NCBI GenBank assembly: GCA_032128115.1
Contig: JAQBHB010000093.1
Location: 128,001 to 192,000 of the forward strand
Direction of reading: 5' to 3'
Length of the DNA: 64,000 nucleotides
Source of the DNA: Deltaproteobacteria bacterium
GTDB taxonomy: Bacteria; Myxococcota_A; UBA9160; SMWR01
In this document: positions 47,170-56,647 of the stretch, piece by piece
Position numbering within the stretch: position 1 is the first letter of the stretch
Layout of the letters: the number at the start of each line of letters is the position of its first letter
Program-made: the position numbers and the translations under genes
The notes under the pieces: generated by a model
Told to the model about the DNA's origin: nothing
The model's database searches: none
The model's input: only the letters and a program-made list of their open reading frames with translations

Positions 47170-48299
47170 GGCGCCACCGCCTCCGGCGTGTGGAAGCCGT
47201 TGGGCTTGTAGACGCCGATGCACAGGTTTTCGTGCATGCCGTAGCCCACCTCACCGGTCGAGAGTTCGAAGCGGCACAGCGTCTCGTTCAGCAGGGAGAT
47301 CTGCTTGCGCATGGCCGGGTCCGAGAGATCCCAGGTGAGGCCCTCCACCTTGAGCGCGCCCTGGTACATGCCGTGTCCCCAGTCGCCCGAGGGCAGGTAG
47401 CCCGAGCCGGCGGCCAGGTACACCGTGCGCAGGGGCGTGTGGGTCATCGAGATCTCCCGGCCGGAAGGATGGGCGAAGCGGATCACGGCCTTTTCGATTT
47501 CGCGGGTTCCCGACTTGTAGGTGAACTCGTGGCGAGGCGTTCCCATCAGCTCGTCTTCCTTGTCGATGCCCAGGTTGTAGACCTTCTTCGACTCCTCGAT
47601 CATGCGCTTCCCGTTCTCGTCCTCCTCGAAGAAGACCTTCAGCATGAAGTCGTCGAACTGGGCGGGGATCCAGTTGTGGAAGAAGCCGTGGGAGCGTTGC
47701 ACCTTGACGCCGATGCCCGGGGGCACGCCCTCGCCCACGGGTCGGATGCCCCAGGAGTGGTCGCGCACGCCGTGCCAGGAGTCGGGCGTCACCGGGTAGG
47801 TCTGGCCGCCCACGCTGAGGGTTCCCGTGTAGCGACCCACCTGGGCGAAGCGCGACGAATCCATGGTGACGCGGCTGAACTGCCGGGTGGTCTGCCGGGG
47901 CTCTTCGATGGCGCGCACGGCGCCCTCGAAGGTGAGGTCGAAGGCGACACCCCACTCGTTCTCGTCGAGCTTCAGGCGCAGGGACTGCAGGCCCCGAATC
48001 ACCTGGATTCCGAACGGTCCCACCGTGGTGTCCAGTCGGTCCGAGCCCAGCTCTCGCGAGGCCCGCACCACGTAGAGGGTGTCAGCGTGGGAGATCGACA
48101 CGAAGGCATCGGTGACGCCCAGGTTCGGGTACTGCCCCATGCCCGTCACCAGGAACAGTTCGTCGCTCGAGGCGTGCATGTTGAAGTAGTAGCGGTCGTA
48201 GAAATTGCGATCGCTCGTGAATACGTAATCGAAGGTCTCGGGCGTCTGGTGGGCCAGCAGGTCGTCGGCAGGACTCAGGGGCATGCCGAAATCCTCCAT
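47166..48299 (-). CDS. Conserved hypothetical protein (AttH/tocopherol-cyclase-like beta-barrel type)
   Basis: HQTPE..SDRNFYDRYYFN, GVRDHSWGIR; strong coding bias. Confidence 0.6.
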   Translation of the reverse strand: MEDFGMPLSPADDLLAHQTPETFDYVFTSDRNFYDRYYFNMHASSDELFLVTGMGQYPNLGVTDAFVSISHADTLYVVRASRELGSDRLDTTVGPFGIQVIRGLQSLRLKLDENEWGVAFDLTFEGAVRAIEEPRQTTRQFSRVTMDSSRFAQVGRYTGTLSVGGQTYPVTPDSWHGVRDHSWGIRPVGEGVPPGIGVKVQRSHGFFHNWIPAQFDDFMLKVFFEEDENGKRMIEESKKVYNLGIDKEDELMGTPRHEFTYKSGTREIEKAVIRFAHPSGREISMTHTPLRTVYLAAGSGYLPSGDWGHGMYQGALKVEGLTWDLSDPAMRKQISLLNETLCRFELSTGEVGYGMHENLCIGVYKPNGFHTPEAVAP

Positions 48300-48373
48300 C
48301 CATGGGATCGGGCCGGGCGAGCGATCATTCTACCGGAGGGGAAGCGCGGCGAACATCGCTACTCTGCCGCGTC

Positions 48374-49966
48374 ATGAGACGACTCCACCGGATCTCCACG
48401 GGTTTCGTTCCGGAGTTGGCATTGGCAGTGGCTCTGGCCGTGGCATCCGGGGGCTGCCACGGCCAGGCGACGATCGCGGACCCCCTGACCGGAGTGCACA
48501 GGGCGGCGCTCGAACCGGAAAGCCCGGCGGGGAGCGCCCGGCTGCAGCGGAATCTGGTAGCCGAGGCACGAGACATCCAGTCGGGTCTGGCATCGCTGGC
48601 GCGCACGGGCGGCTGGCGAGAGCGGGGCTATTTCAGCGCGGCCGAGCACGACGCCATCGAGGGTCTGTTGTTCCGGTTCGTCGTGATGCACTCGGCACTG
48701 TGGGGCGAGTTCGACCGCTGGGGCGGGCTCCAACCTGCGCAGGTCCAGGGGATCGATCGGCCTCGGGCCCACGTGTTGGTGATGCACGCGGGCTGGTCCC
48801 TGGCGGCCTCGAGCGCCGGCCTGGTGGCGCAGTTCCAGGATGATCCGGTGGCGGTCGCAAAGATGAACGAGGCCTTCTACCGCTCCGAGATTCCGCGTGG
48901 CAGCTACGACGCGCTCCGACTCGCCGTGACCTCGCGGCGTCAGGACGCGCTGCGGGCCGCCTGGCACCTGCAGGAAGAAGCGATGGGGGAACCGGGGTCG
49001 CCGCTCTCGGAGCTGGCCGCAAGCGACCCGGCTTTCGCGGGCCTGCTGGCCGAGCTGCCCGGATTGCATGAGCAGGCGATCGCGAGCGCGCGACGCGTGG
49101 AGCAGCACCAGGACGACACGCGTGCGCAGGACGCGCTGGACCACAGCCGGGCCGCCTCCCTGGGGCGCGAGGTCGCCGAGAGCCTGGGCGATGCGGGCTA
49201 TGCCACCCGCGCCCTGCTCTTCAAGGACGTGAGCCGGGTCAAGAGCCCGACGGCGAACCTGATCGTGTTCTCATCGGACCAGAAGGGTCAGATCCACGCG
49301 GCACTCGAGCCGGGCGACATCATCCTGACCTATACGGCGGGCTACGTGAGCAGCGTATTCATCCCGGGAGAGTTCAAGCACGGGATCACCTACGTGGGCG
49401 GCGCGTCCGAGCGAGCCGCGGCCGGCCTGAGCGACGCGAGTCTGCCCGCGGCGGGCGAAGTCGAGGCTTCGCGGTTCGCAGCGAACCTGACGCGGGAGAC
49501 CCTGCCCGATGGCTCAGCGGCGGACCTGATCGAGGCGGTGGCCGAGGGGGTGAAGTTCAGCAACCTGGATCAGATCCTCGATACCCACATCAACCGGTTG
49601 GTGATTCTGCGACCGCGGATCGGAGACCGCGAGCGCGCCGAGTTCCTGGCTGGCGTCTTCGCCTACGTCGGAGACCCCTACGACTTCCGTTTCGACTTCG
49701 CTGATGCGTCCATGCAGGTGTGCACCGAGGTGATCTACCGCGCTCTCAACCGGAAGGGCGGTATCGAATTCGAATTGACGACCCGCGCCGGGCACCCGAC
49801 GCTGAGTGCCGATGACGTGGTGAACTACCACCTTTCGACCGGGGGCAACCGATTCGACTTCCTGCTCTACGCCGAGGAGGACCCGGATGCCGACGACCAC
49901 CGGGCCCGCGTGCTCGCCGGCGAAGTGGGCGCGAAGCGGATCCAGGCCCTGATGGCGACGCCCTGA
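48374..49966 (+). CDS. YiiX/YebB-like permuted papain-like (N1pC/P60) hydrolase, probable lipoprotein
   Basis: LEPGDIIL, PGEFKHG (His), IEAVAEGV, PYDFRFDF...VCTEV (Cys). Confidence 0.75.
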   Translation: MRRLHRISTGFVPELALAVALAVASGGCHGQATIADPLTGVHRAALEPESPAGSARLQRNLVAEARDIQSGLASLARTGGWRERGYFSAAEHDAIEGLLFRFVVMHSALWGEFDRWGGLQPAQVQGIDRPRAHVLVMHAGWSLAASSAGLVAQFQDDPVAVAKMNEAFYRSEIPRGSYDALRLAVTSRRQDALRAAWHLQEEAMGEPGSPLSELAASDPAFAGLLAELPGLHEQAIASARRVEQHQDDTRAQDALDHSRAASLGREVAESLGDAGYATRALLFKDVSRVKSPTANLIVFSSDQKGQIHAALEPGDIILTYTAGYVSSVFIPGEFKHGITYVGGASERAAAGLSDASLPAAGEVEASRFAANLTRETLPDGSAADLIEAVAEGVKFSNLDQILDTHINRLVILRPRIGDRERAEFLAGVFAYVGDPYDFRFDFADASMQVCTEVIYRALNRKGGIEFELTTRAGHPTLSADDVVNYHLSTGGNRFDFLLYAEEDPDADDHRARVLAGEVGAKRIQALMATP

Positions 49967-50012
49967 CGACGAAAGAACAAGACGACGAGAGAACAAGACG
50001 ACGAAAGAACAA
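49965..50012. repeat. 3 x 16-bp purine-rich tandem repeat between a stop codon and the next RBS
   Basis: GACGACGA(A/G)AGAACAA x3. Confidence 0.9.
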
Positions 50013-50027
50013 GACAAGGAAACACCC

Positions 50028-50831
50028 ATGAGCTACGTCCGCATCGAGAAGCCGCGCCCGCACACCCGTGTCATCGTGATGGACCGCCCCGAGCGCATGA
50101 ACTCCATGGCGTTCGAGCTGGTGGCGCCGCTTCACGAGGCCATCGCGGAGGTGGCGGCCGACAATGATGCCTGGTGCGTGGTGCTCACGGGCGTGGGCAA
50201 GGCGTTCTGCGCCGGGGCCGACACCCAGAACGGCGAGCCCCCGCCCAACATCGAAGGGTTGACGCTGACCCGGATTGCCACCCGGGCCATGACGATCCTT
50301 GCCGACCTGGTGCCCAGCCTGCGGCGCATGCCCCAGCCGGTGATCTGCGCCGTGAACGGCGCCGCCATCGGGGGCGGGCTGTGCCTCACCCTGGGTGCAG
50401 ACATCCGGATCGCGGGCGAATCGGCCTATTTTCGGGCGGCGGGCATCAACAACGGACTCACGGCCACCGAGCTGGGCCTGAGCTTCCTGCTGTCCCGGGC
50501 CATTGGCAGTTCGCGCGCCTTCGAAATCGCCCTGTCGGGGCGGGACGTCTCGGCCCGCGAGGCCGCGGAGATGGGACTGGTGTCGCGCACCGTCCCGGAT
50601 GATGCCCTGCTCGACACCGCACTCGACCTGGCGGAGCAGATCAACGGCTGGAGCACCCAGGGGGTCGCCCTGACGAAGCGCATGCTGTGGGCGGGCCTGG
50701 AGACGAGCAGCCTGCAAGCCGCCATCGAGCTGGAGAGCCACACCCAGCTGTTCATCCGCATGACGACCCAGAACTTCGAAGAAGCGACTCGCGCGCGAAA
50801 AGCGGGCCGAAAACCCGATTTCAAGGACTAG
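50028..50831 (+). CDS. Enoyl-CoA hydratase/isomerase
   Basis: AFCAGAD, PVICAVNGAAIGGG, GLVSR. Confidence 0.9.
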   Translation: MSYVRIEKPRPHTRVIVMDRPERMNSMAFELVAPLHEAIAEVAADNDAWCVVLTGVGKAFCAGADTQNGEPPPNIEGLTLTRIATRAMTILADLVPSLRRMPQPVICAVNGAAIGGGLCLTLGADIRIAGESAYFRAAGINNGLTATELGLSFLLSRAIGSSRAFEIALSGRDVSAREAAEMGLVSRTVPDDALLDTALDLAEQINGWSTQGVALTKRMLWAGLETSSLQAAIELESHTQLFIRMTTQNFEEATRARKAGRKPDFKD

Positions 50832-50852
50832 CCCCACGCAGCGAGGAGCACC

Positions 50853-51866
50853 ATGAAGGTCGACGGATCCCTGCTCGTGGACGACCCGGCCGACGCCGGA
50901 CCGGCCGCCCAGCGCCTCGAGGCGGCGGGCTACGACGGCGGCTTCAGCTTCGAGGGTCGCCACGATCCGTTCCTGCCCCTGGCGGTGGCAGCCCAACAGA
51001 CCACGACCCTGGAGCTCGTGCCCGCCATCGCCATCGCCTTCGCCCGCAACCCCATGCTGCTCGCGAACCTGGGTTACGACATGCAGCTGCTGTCGAAGGG
51101 GCGATTCATCCTCGGGCTCGGCAGCCAGATCCGACCCCACATCCAGAAGCGCTTCTCCATGGAATGGTCGCGACCGGCCGCGCGCATGCGCGAGATGGTG
51201 TGGGCGATCCGCGCCATCTGGGATTGCTGGCAGAACGGGACGCCGCTGGATTTCCGGGGCGAGTTCTACACCCACACGCTGATGCCGCCGGTGTTCAACC
51301 CCGGCCCGAATCCCTTCGGGCTGCCCCGCATCTTCTGTGCCGGCGTGGGTCCGCGCATGACCGAGGTGGCGGGCGAGGTGGCCGACGGCTTCTTCGTTCA
51401 CCCGTTCCACACCGCGGAGTTCTTGCGCGAAGTCTCCCTGCCCTCGCTCGAGAAGGGCCTGTCCCGGGCCGGACGCCCGCGAGATCGGTTCGAGATCTCG
51501 TGTCAGGCGATCCTGGCCACCGGAACCAGCGAAGAGGAGATCCTGGCCGCGCGCAACGGCGCCCGGGCCCAGATCTCGTTCTACGGGTCGACTCCCGCCT
51601 ACCGCCCGGTGCTCGAGCACTGCGGGCGCGGCGAGCTGCAGACCGAGCTGAATCGGCTCTCGAAGTCGGGCAACTGGCTCGAGATGGCGGGGCTCATCGA
51701 TGACGATCTGCTCGACCGGATCGCCGTGACCGGTCCGCGCAGCGAAATCGCCGGCGCGTTGCGGTCGCGCTTCGCCGGACTGGCCGACCGGGTGAGCCTG
51801 ATCGCCCCATTCTCTCCCGAGGGGGAACTCTGGGCCGACGTGGTGAAGGAACTCCACTTGGCCTGA
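50853..51866 (+). CDS. LLM-class probable F420-dependent oxidoreductase (MSMEG_2256-like)
   Basis: E..HDPFLPL, IAIAFARNP, GLGSQIRPHI..RFS, HPF, FYGSTPAY. Confidence 0.85.
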   Translation: MKVDGSLLVDDPADAGPAAQRLEAAGYDGGFSFEGRHDPFLPLAVAAQQTTTLELVPAIAIAFARNPMLLANLGYDMQLLSKGRFILGLGSQIRPHIQKRFSMEWSRPAARMREMVWAIRAIWDCWQNGTPLDFRGEFYTHTLMPPVFNPGPNPFGLPRIFCAGVGPRMTEVAGEVADGFFVHPFHTAEFLREVSLPSLEKGLSRAGRPRDRFEISCQAILATGTSEEEILAARNGARAQISFYGSTPAYRPVLEHCGRGELQTELNRLSKSGNWLEMAGLIDDDLLDRIAVTGPRSEIAGALRSRFAGLADRVSLIAPFSPEGELWADVVKELHLA

Positions 51867-52001
51867 GGTCCGACGGATGGGCCAACCAGCCCGGCCAAAC
51901 GCCGTTCTGATCGTTCCCGGCGGCCCTTGCGACTTTCGTGCGGCTCCCGGTCCGCGTAGGATCGGGGGCCCTGCTGTAGCGGAACTGGACCTGGAGGAAG
52001 C

Positions 52002-53714
52002 ATGGCCCTGGAAGCTGGTGAAACCCGAGAACGACTCCGTGAGCTCGAGCTGTTCCGCGATTGCGACGACGCCGATCTCGATCGGGTTTCTGCGGTGGCC
52101 AGGGTCCAGGCGCGCTTCGAGCCTGGCGAGGTCCTCTACACCGAGGGCGAGCCCGCTCGCGATTGCTATCTGATCGTCGAGGGGGAAGCCGAGATCACCA
52201 TCGCCGGGCGCTTCCTGGGCAGCAGCGGGGAGGGCGAGAGCATCGGCGAGATGGGCCTGCTGCATCGCGTGCCGCGAACCGCCACGGTGACGGCCCGCAC
52301 GCCGGTCACGGTGCAGGTGATCGACGCCCAGGGTTTCGAACGCTTGTTGGACGAGGCGCCATCGGTGACCCGTGCCCTGCTTCGCCAGGTGAGTCGGCGC
52401 CTGGTCGAGCGCAGCGAGACGGTGGCCCACCTGGCTGCGCTCGCCGACGAAACCACCGTGCACGTCGGTGCAGAGTCCGCTCCGGCACCGCGGGCGAAGC
52501 CCGATCGGGTGCTACTCGATCCGAGCGCGCCGGGTTTCTTCGCAAATCCATACCTCCAGTACGCCGCATTGCGTGAGCACGACCCGGTGCACCACGACAC
52601 GCTGCAGGATACCTGGCTTCTCTCCCGCTACACGGACGTGGTCGCGCTGGGGCGCAACAAGGACCTCGCGGTCGAGATCGAGCACGCGAGCGAGAGTCCC
52701 TACGTGGACATGGAGCGCGAGCGCTTGCGGCGCATGCAGGGACGACAGACCAAGATGATGTTCCGGCGCGATCCACCGAACCACACGCGGCTGCGGCGCC
52801 AGGTCTACAAGCAGTTCACGCCCAAGGCGGTGAAGGCCCTGCGGCCGCGCCTGCAATCCCTGGTGGATCGAACCCTGGATCAGCTGGCGCGGAAGGCCGA
52901 AGCCGATCTGATCGAGGACTTCGCCTTCCCGCTCCCGCTGGCCGTGATCTCCGACATGCTGGGCATGCCCGAGGGAGACGAGGCCTCGATTCGCGGCTGG
53001 TCCCAGGCGATCACGAAGGCCATCGATCCGTCCATCACGGAGGCCGAGATGGAGGCTTCCGTCGTCGCATCGGACGCCATGTGCGAGTACCTGATCGGTG
53101 TGATCCGTGACAAACGGTCGAACCCAGCGGACGACATGCTCTCGATGCTGGCGTCGCTCGCCGACGCTCGAGACGAGCTCAACGAAGACGAGCTGGTAGA
53201 CCAGCTCATGCTGCTCTACATCGCGGGCCACGAGACCACGGTGAACCTGATCGGAAACGGCACCCTGGCCCTGCTGCGCCAGCCCGAACAGTTCGAGCGG
53301 CTGCGCCTGGACCCGGCGCTGCTTGCCAATGCGGTGGAGGAGCTTCTCCGCTTCGACAGCCCGGCCCAGTTCACGCGGCGGATCGCGAAGCAGGACCTGG
53401 AGGTTGGCGGCCAGCGCATTCCCGCCGGTGCCGTGATCTTCGGCAGCCTGGGCGCGGCCAACCGCGATCCGGCGAGATGGGGCCCGGACGCCGACCGTCT
53501 GGACGTGGCGCGCCGGGGCGCCCACGAGCACGTCTCGTTCGGAGGCGGGATCCACCACTGCCTGGGCGCTTCCCTGGTGCGGCTGGAAGGCCAGGTGGCA
53601 TTGGGGAGCCTGGTGCAGCGTTTCCCGCGCATGCAGCTCGGTGCCGAGCCCGAGTTTTCGCCCCGCATGACCTTGCGCGGACTCAGCGCCCTTCGTGTCT
53701 CGCTCGGCACGTGA
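52002..53714 (+). CDS. Cyclic-nucleotide-binding domain fused to cytochrome P450
   Basis: N-term LF..EGEP..YLIVEG..GEMGLL..PRTATVTA; C-term DPPNHTRLR, AGHETT, EELLR, FGGGIHHCLG. Confidence 0.9.
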   Translation: MALEAGETRERLRELELFRDCDDADLDRVSAVARVQARFEPGEVLYTEGEPARDCYLIVEGEAEITIAGRFLGSSGEGESIGEMGLLHRVPRTATVTARTPVTVQVIDAQGFERLLDEAPSVTRALLRQVSRRLVERSETVAHLAALADETTVHVGAESAPAPRAKPDRVLLDPSAPGFFANPYLQYAALREHDPVHHDTLQDTWLLSRYTDVVALGRNKDLAVEIEHASESPYVDMERERLRRMQGRQTKMMFRRDPPNHTRLRRQVYKQFTPKAVKALRPRLQSLVDRTLDQLARKAEADLIEDFAFPLPLAVISDMLGMPEGDEASIRGWSQAITKAIDPSITEAEMEASVVASDAMCEYLIGVIRDKRSNPADDMLSMLASLADARDELNEDELVDQLMLLYIAGHETTVNLIGNGTLALLRQPEQFERLRLDPALLANAVEELLRFDSPAQFTRRIAKQDLEVGGQRIPAGAVIFGSLGAANRDPARWGPDADRLDVARRGAHEHVSFGGGIHHCLGASLVRLEGQVALGSLVQRFPRMQLGAEPEFSPRMTLRGLSALRVSLGT

Positions 53715-54127
53715 GGCGCCTGTCGGTCGGGAGAGATGTAGAGGCGAACTGCCGCAAGTGCGGTGAGGTGTGGCACGTGGTGGTGGCACTCGCAGCAGGG
53801 GAGGTCGCCAAGGTGGAGTGCAAGCAATGCGGCGCCCGCCATCGCTACCGGCCCGTGGATGGGCACGCCGCCCCGGCAGCGTCGCGCCGGGTCGTCGGGA
53901 GCCGGCCGGCGCGCGGGCGTCGGGTCGAGAAGCGTTCCGTGGTGGAGGCCAACGCGTCGCGCCCCCAGCGCAGCTTCCGTATCACCGACCGCTACGAGGT
54001 GGGTGATCGGATCGTGCACGCGAGCTTCGGCAAGGGCGTGGTGCAGGCCGTCACCGGCGCCACCAAGATCGAGGTGCTCTTCGAAGCGGGCCGCAAGGTC
54101 CTGGTGCACGGACGCGGCCCCCGCTGA
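53711..54127 (+). CDS. Small zinc-ribbon + SH3/Tudor-like hypothetical protein
   Basis: CRKC...H and CKQC...H; YEVGDRIVHASFGKGVV; GTGA overlap with the P450 stop. Confidence 0.7.
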   Translation: MRRLSVGRDVEANCRKCGEVWHVVVALAAGEVAKVECKQCGARHRYRPVDGHAAPAASRRVVGSRPARGRRVEKRSVVEANASRPQRSFRITDRYEVGDRIVHASFGKGVVQAVTGATKIEVLFEAGRKVLVHGRGPR

Positions 54128-54206
54128 GAACCGCGGCGGCTGGGTCGTTGGCCGTGGGCGGATTTCAGCTGGAGCCTGGCAACGCGCCGTTCCGGACACC
54201 GCCCGC

Positions 54207-54278
54207 CAGGAGGCATCCATGAGCGAGGAGGCATCCATGATCGAGGAGGAATCCATCAGCGAGGAGGAATCCATGAGC
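54207..54278 (+). repeat. 4 x 18-bp tandem repeat of an RBS + start codon cassette
   Basis: (C/G)AGGAGG(C/A)ATCCAT(G/C)A(G/T)C x4, in frame with the downstream gene. Confidence 0.9.
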
Positions 54279-56546
54279 GCCACCCCGTCCGGCTCCGGAG
54301 CCTGGAAGCCGACCGCCTGCATCCTGTGTGAGTGCAACTGCGGAATCGAGATCCAGCTGGGCGGGGATGACGGCCGCCACTTCACGAGGATCCGCGGCGA
54401 CAAGGCGCATCCTGCCTCCCAGGGTTACGCGTGCGAGAAGCCGTCGCGCCTGGACTACTACCAGAACGGCCGCGATCGCCTGATGGTGCCCCTGCGCCGC
54501 CGCGAAGACGGGAGCTACGAAGAGATCGACTGGGACACGGCCATCCGCGAGGTGGCCGCGCGCTTCGCCGCGATTCGTGACGAACACGGGGGAGCCTCGA
54601 TCTTCTACTACGGCGGAGGCGGCCAGGGGAATCACCTGCCCGCTGCCTACTCACGCTCCACCCGGGCGGTGCTGGGTTCCAGCTTTCGTTCCAACGCGCT
54701 CGCCCAGGAGAAGACCGGCGAGTTCTGGGTGAGCGGCAAGATGACGGGAGCCTTCACCCGGGCCGATTTCGAGAACTGCGAGGTGGGGGTATTCATCGGC
54801 AAGAACCCCTGGTTCTCCCACGGCATTCCCCGCGCCCGGGTGACACTGCGCGAAATCGCCAAGGACCCTGGCCGCTGCATGATCGTGATCGACCCTCGCC
54901 GCTCCGAGACGGCGGAGCTGGCGGACATCCACCTGCAGGTGAAGCCCGGTACCGACGCCTGGCTGCTAGCCGCCATGGTGGGCGTGCTGGTACAGGAGGA
55001 TCTGCTCGCCCACGACTGGCTGGGCGCGCACACCGAAGGCCTGGATCGGGTGCTGCCCTACTTCTCGGAATTGCCCGTGGACCGCTACTGCCGGGCGAGC
55101 GGCGTGTCCGAGGAGCTGGTTCGCCGAGCCACCCGCCGCATCGCCCAGGCAGCGAGCACCGCGTTTTTCGAGGACCTGGGCGTGCAGATGAATCGCCACT
55201 CCACGTTGGTGAGTTACCTGCACCGATTGCTGTGCTTCGGCACGGGAAACTTCGGAAAGAGGGGCGCCGGCTACTCGCCGGCCTCTCTCCAGCCCCTGGC
55301 GGGCGGCGCGGGTCAGGCAGGGCGCACCAGCCCGGTGACGGGCTCGCGCATCATCGGAGGCCTGACCCCCTGCAACGTGATCCCGGACGAGATCCTCACG
55401 GACCACCCGGACCGTTTCCGCGCCATGCTGGTCGAGAGCGCCAATCCCGCCCACTCGCTGGCAGACGGCCCGCGGATGCGCGAGTGCCTTGGCGCCCTGG
55501 AGCTATTGGTGGTGATCGACGTGGCCATGAGTGAGACCGCGCGCCTGGCCGACTATGTGCTGCCGGTGTCGACCCAGTTCGAAAAGGCGGAGGCCACCTT
55601 CTTCAACTTCGAATTCCCGAGCAACTACTTCCACCTGCGCCGGCCCCTGCTGGAGCCACCGGAGGGCCTCTTCTCCGAGGCCGAGCTGCACGCGCGCCTG
55701 CTGGAGGCCATGGGCGCGCTGCCCGAGCCCGCGGTCAAGACCCTGCGCGAGGCCTGGGACCAGGGACGGACGGAGTTCCGCGAAAAATTCTTCGAACTGC
55801 TGGCAAACGATCCGGGCTTCTTCTCCCTGGCCCCGGTGATCCTCTATCGCGCCATCGGCGACAAGCTGCCCCACCGCCTGGCCGAGGGAGCGGTGGTATG
55901 GGCCCTGGCGCACGTGGCCGCCCAGCGGGCGCCCGACTCGATCCGGCGCGCGGGTTTCGAAGGCGAGGGCCTCGACCTGGGCGATGCGCTGTTCGACGGC
56001 ATCCTCGCTGGGAAGAGTGGCGTGATCTTCTCGGTCGACGACTGGGAGGAGAGCTGGAGCCGGCTCGCAACGCCGAACGGCCGCATCCAGCTGGCGGTGC
56101 CGGAGCTCTTCGACGAACTGGTGGGCCTGGCCAGCGAGGAGCCTCCGGCCTCGAACGCCGAGTATCCCTTCGTGCTGTCCGCCGGGGAGCGGCGCGCGTT
56201 CACGGCCAACACCATCGTCCGCGACCCGGACTGGCGAAAGAAGGGCCGAAGCGGTGCCCTGCGCATGAATCCCGAGGACGCCGCGCGCATCGGCGTCGAA
56301 GACGGGGGCCTCGCCCGACTCTCCACGCGCCGGGGAAGCGCCGAGGTGGCCATCGAGATCTCCGACCGCATGCAACCCGGGCACGTCTCGCTTCCGAACG
56401 GCCTGGGCCTCGACTACCCGGACGATCGCGGCAAGCGGGCCGCCACGGGAATCGCGCCCAACGAGCTCACGGCCTCGGAAGACCGCGACTGGCTGGCCGG
56501 CACCCCGTGGCACAAGCATACGCCGGCGCAAATCGAGTCGATCTGA
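54219..56546 (+). CDS. Molybdopterin (bis-MGD) oxidoreductase catalytic subunit with [4Fe-4S] motif
   Basis: CILCECNC...C.K, IDPRRSETA, NPAHS, C-terminal dinucleotide-binding domain; alternative starts 54237 and 54273. Confidence 0.88.
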   Translation: MSEEASMIEEESISEEESMSATPSGSGAWKPTACILCECNCGIEIQLGGDDGRHFTRIRGDKAHPASQGYACEKPSRLDYYQNGRDRLMVPLRRREDGSYEEIDWDTAIREVAARFAAIRDEHGGASIFYYGGGGQGNHLPAAYSRSTRAVLGSSFRSNALAQEKTGEFWVSGKMTGAFTRADFENCEVGVFIGKNPWFSHGIPRARVTLREIAKDPGRCMIVIDPRRSETAELADIHLQVKPGTDAWLLAAMVGVLVQEDLLAHDWLGAHTEGLDRVLPYFSELPVDRYCRASGVSEELVRRATRRIAQAASTAFFEDLGVQMNRHSTLVSYLHRLLCFGTGNFGKRGAGYSPASLQPLAGGAGQAGRTSPVTGSRIIGGLTPCNVIPDEILTDHPDRFRAMLVESANPAHSLADGPRMRECLGALELLVVIDVAMSETARLADYVLPVSTQFEKAEATFFNFEFPSNYFHLRRPLLEPPEGLFSEAELHARLLEAMGALPEPAVKTLREAWDQGRTEFREKFFELLANDPGFFSLAPVILYRAIGDKLPHRLAEGAVVWALAHVAAQRAPDSIRRAGFEGEGLDLGDALFDGILAGKSGVIFSVDDWEESWSRLATPNGRIQLAVPELFDELVGLASEEPPASNAEYPFVLSAGERRAFTANTIVRDPDWRKKGRSGALRMNPEDAARIGVEDGGLARLSTRRGSAEVAIEISDRMQPGHVSLPNGLGLDYPDDRGKRAATGIAPNELTASEDRDWLAGTPWHKHTPAQIESI

Positions 56547-56551
56547 GAGAT

Positions 56552-56591
56552 CCCAGTCCGAGGGGCCCCAGACCGAGGGGCCCTAGAGGGG
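56552..56591. repeat. Degenerate ~15-bp tandem repeat after the molybdoenzyme stop codon
   Basis: CCCAGTCCGAGGGG / CCCCAGACCGAGGGG / CCCTAGAGGGG. Confidence 0.55.
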
Positions 56592-56601
56592 CAGGATCCA
56601 T

Positions 56602-56635
56602 GCTATTGAACAAATCCTGACATCTGTTCAATAGC
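56602..56635. promoter_or_regulatory. Inverted repeat, candidate TetR operator upstream of the P450-TetR operon
   Basis: GCTATTGAACAAAT-cctgac-ATCTGTTCAATAGC (13/14 arm match), immediately before the AGGAGG RBS. Confidence 0.7.
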
Positions 56636-56647
56636 CAGGAGGTCCCC

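Noticed and set aside
54219..56546. Molybdoenzyme as a formate dehydrogenase or nitrate reductase, or as a second selenoprotein
   Set aside because: No in-frame UGA, no Tat signal, no partner subunits and no diagnostic active-site motif recognised
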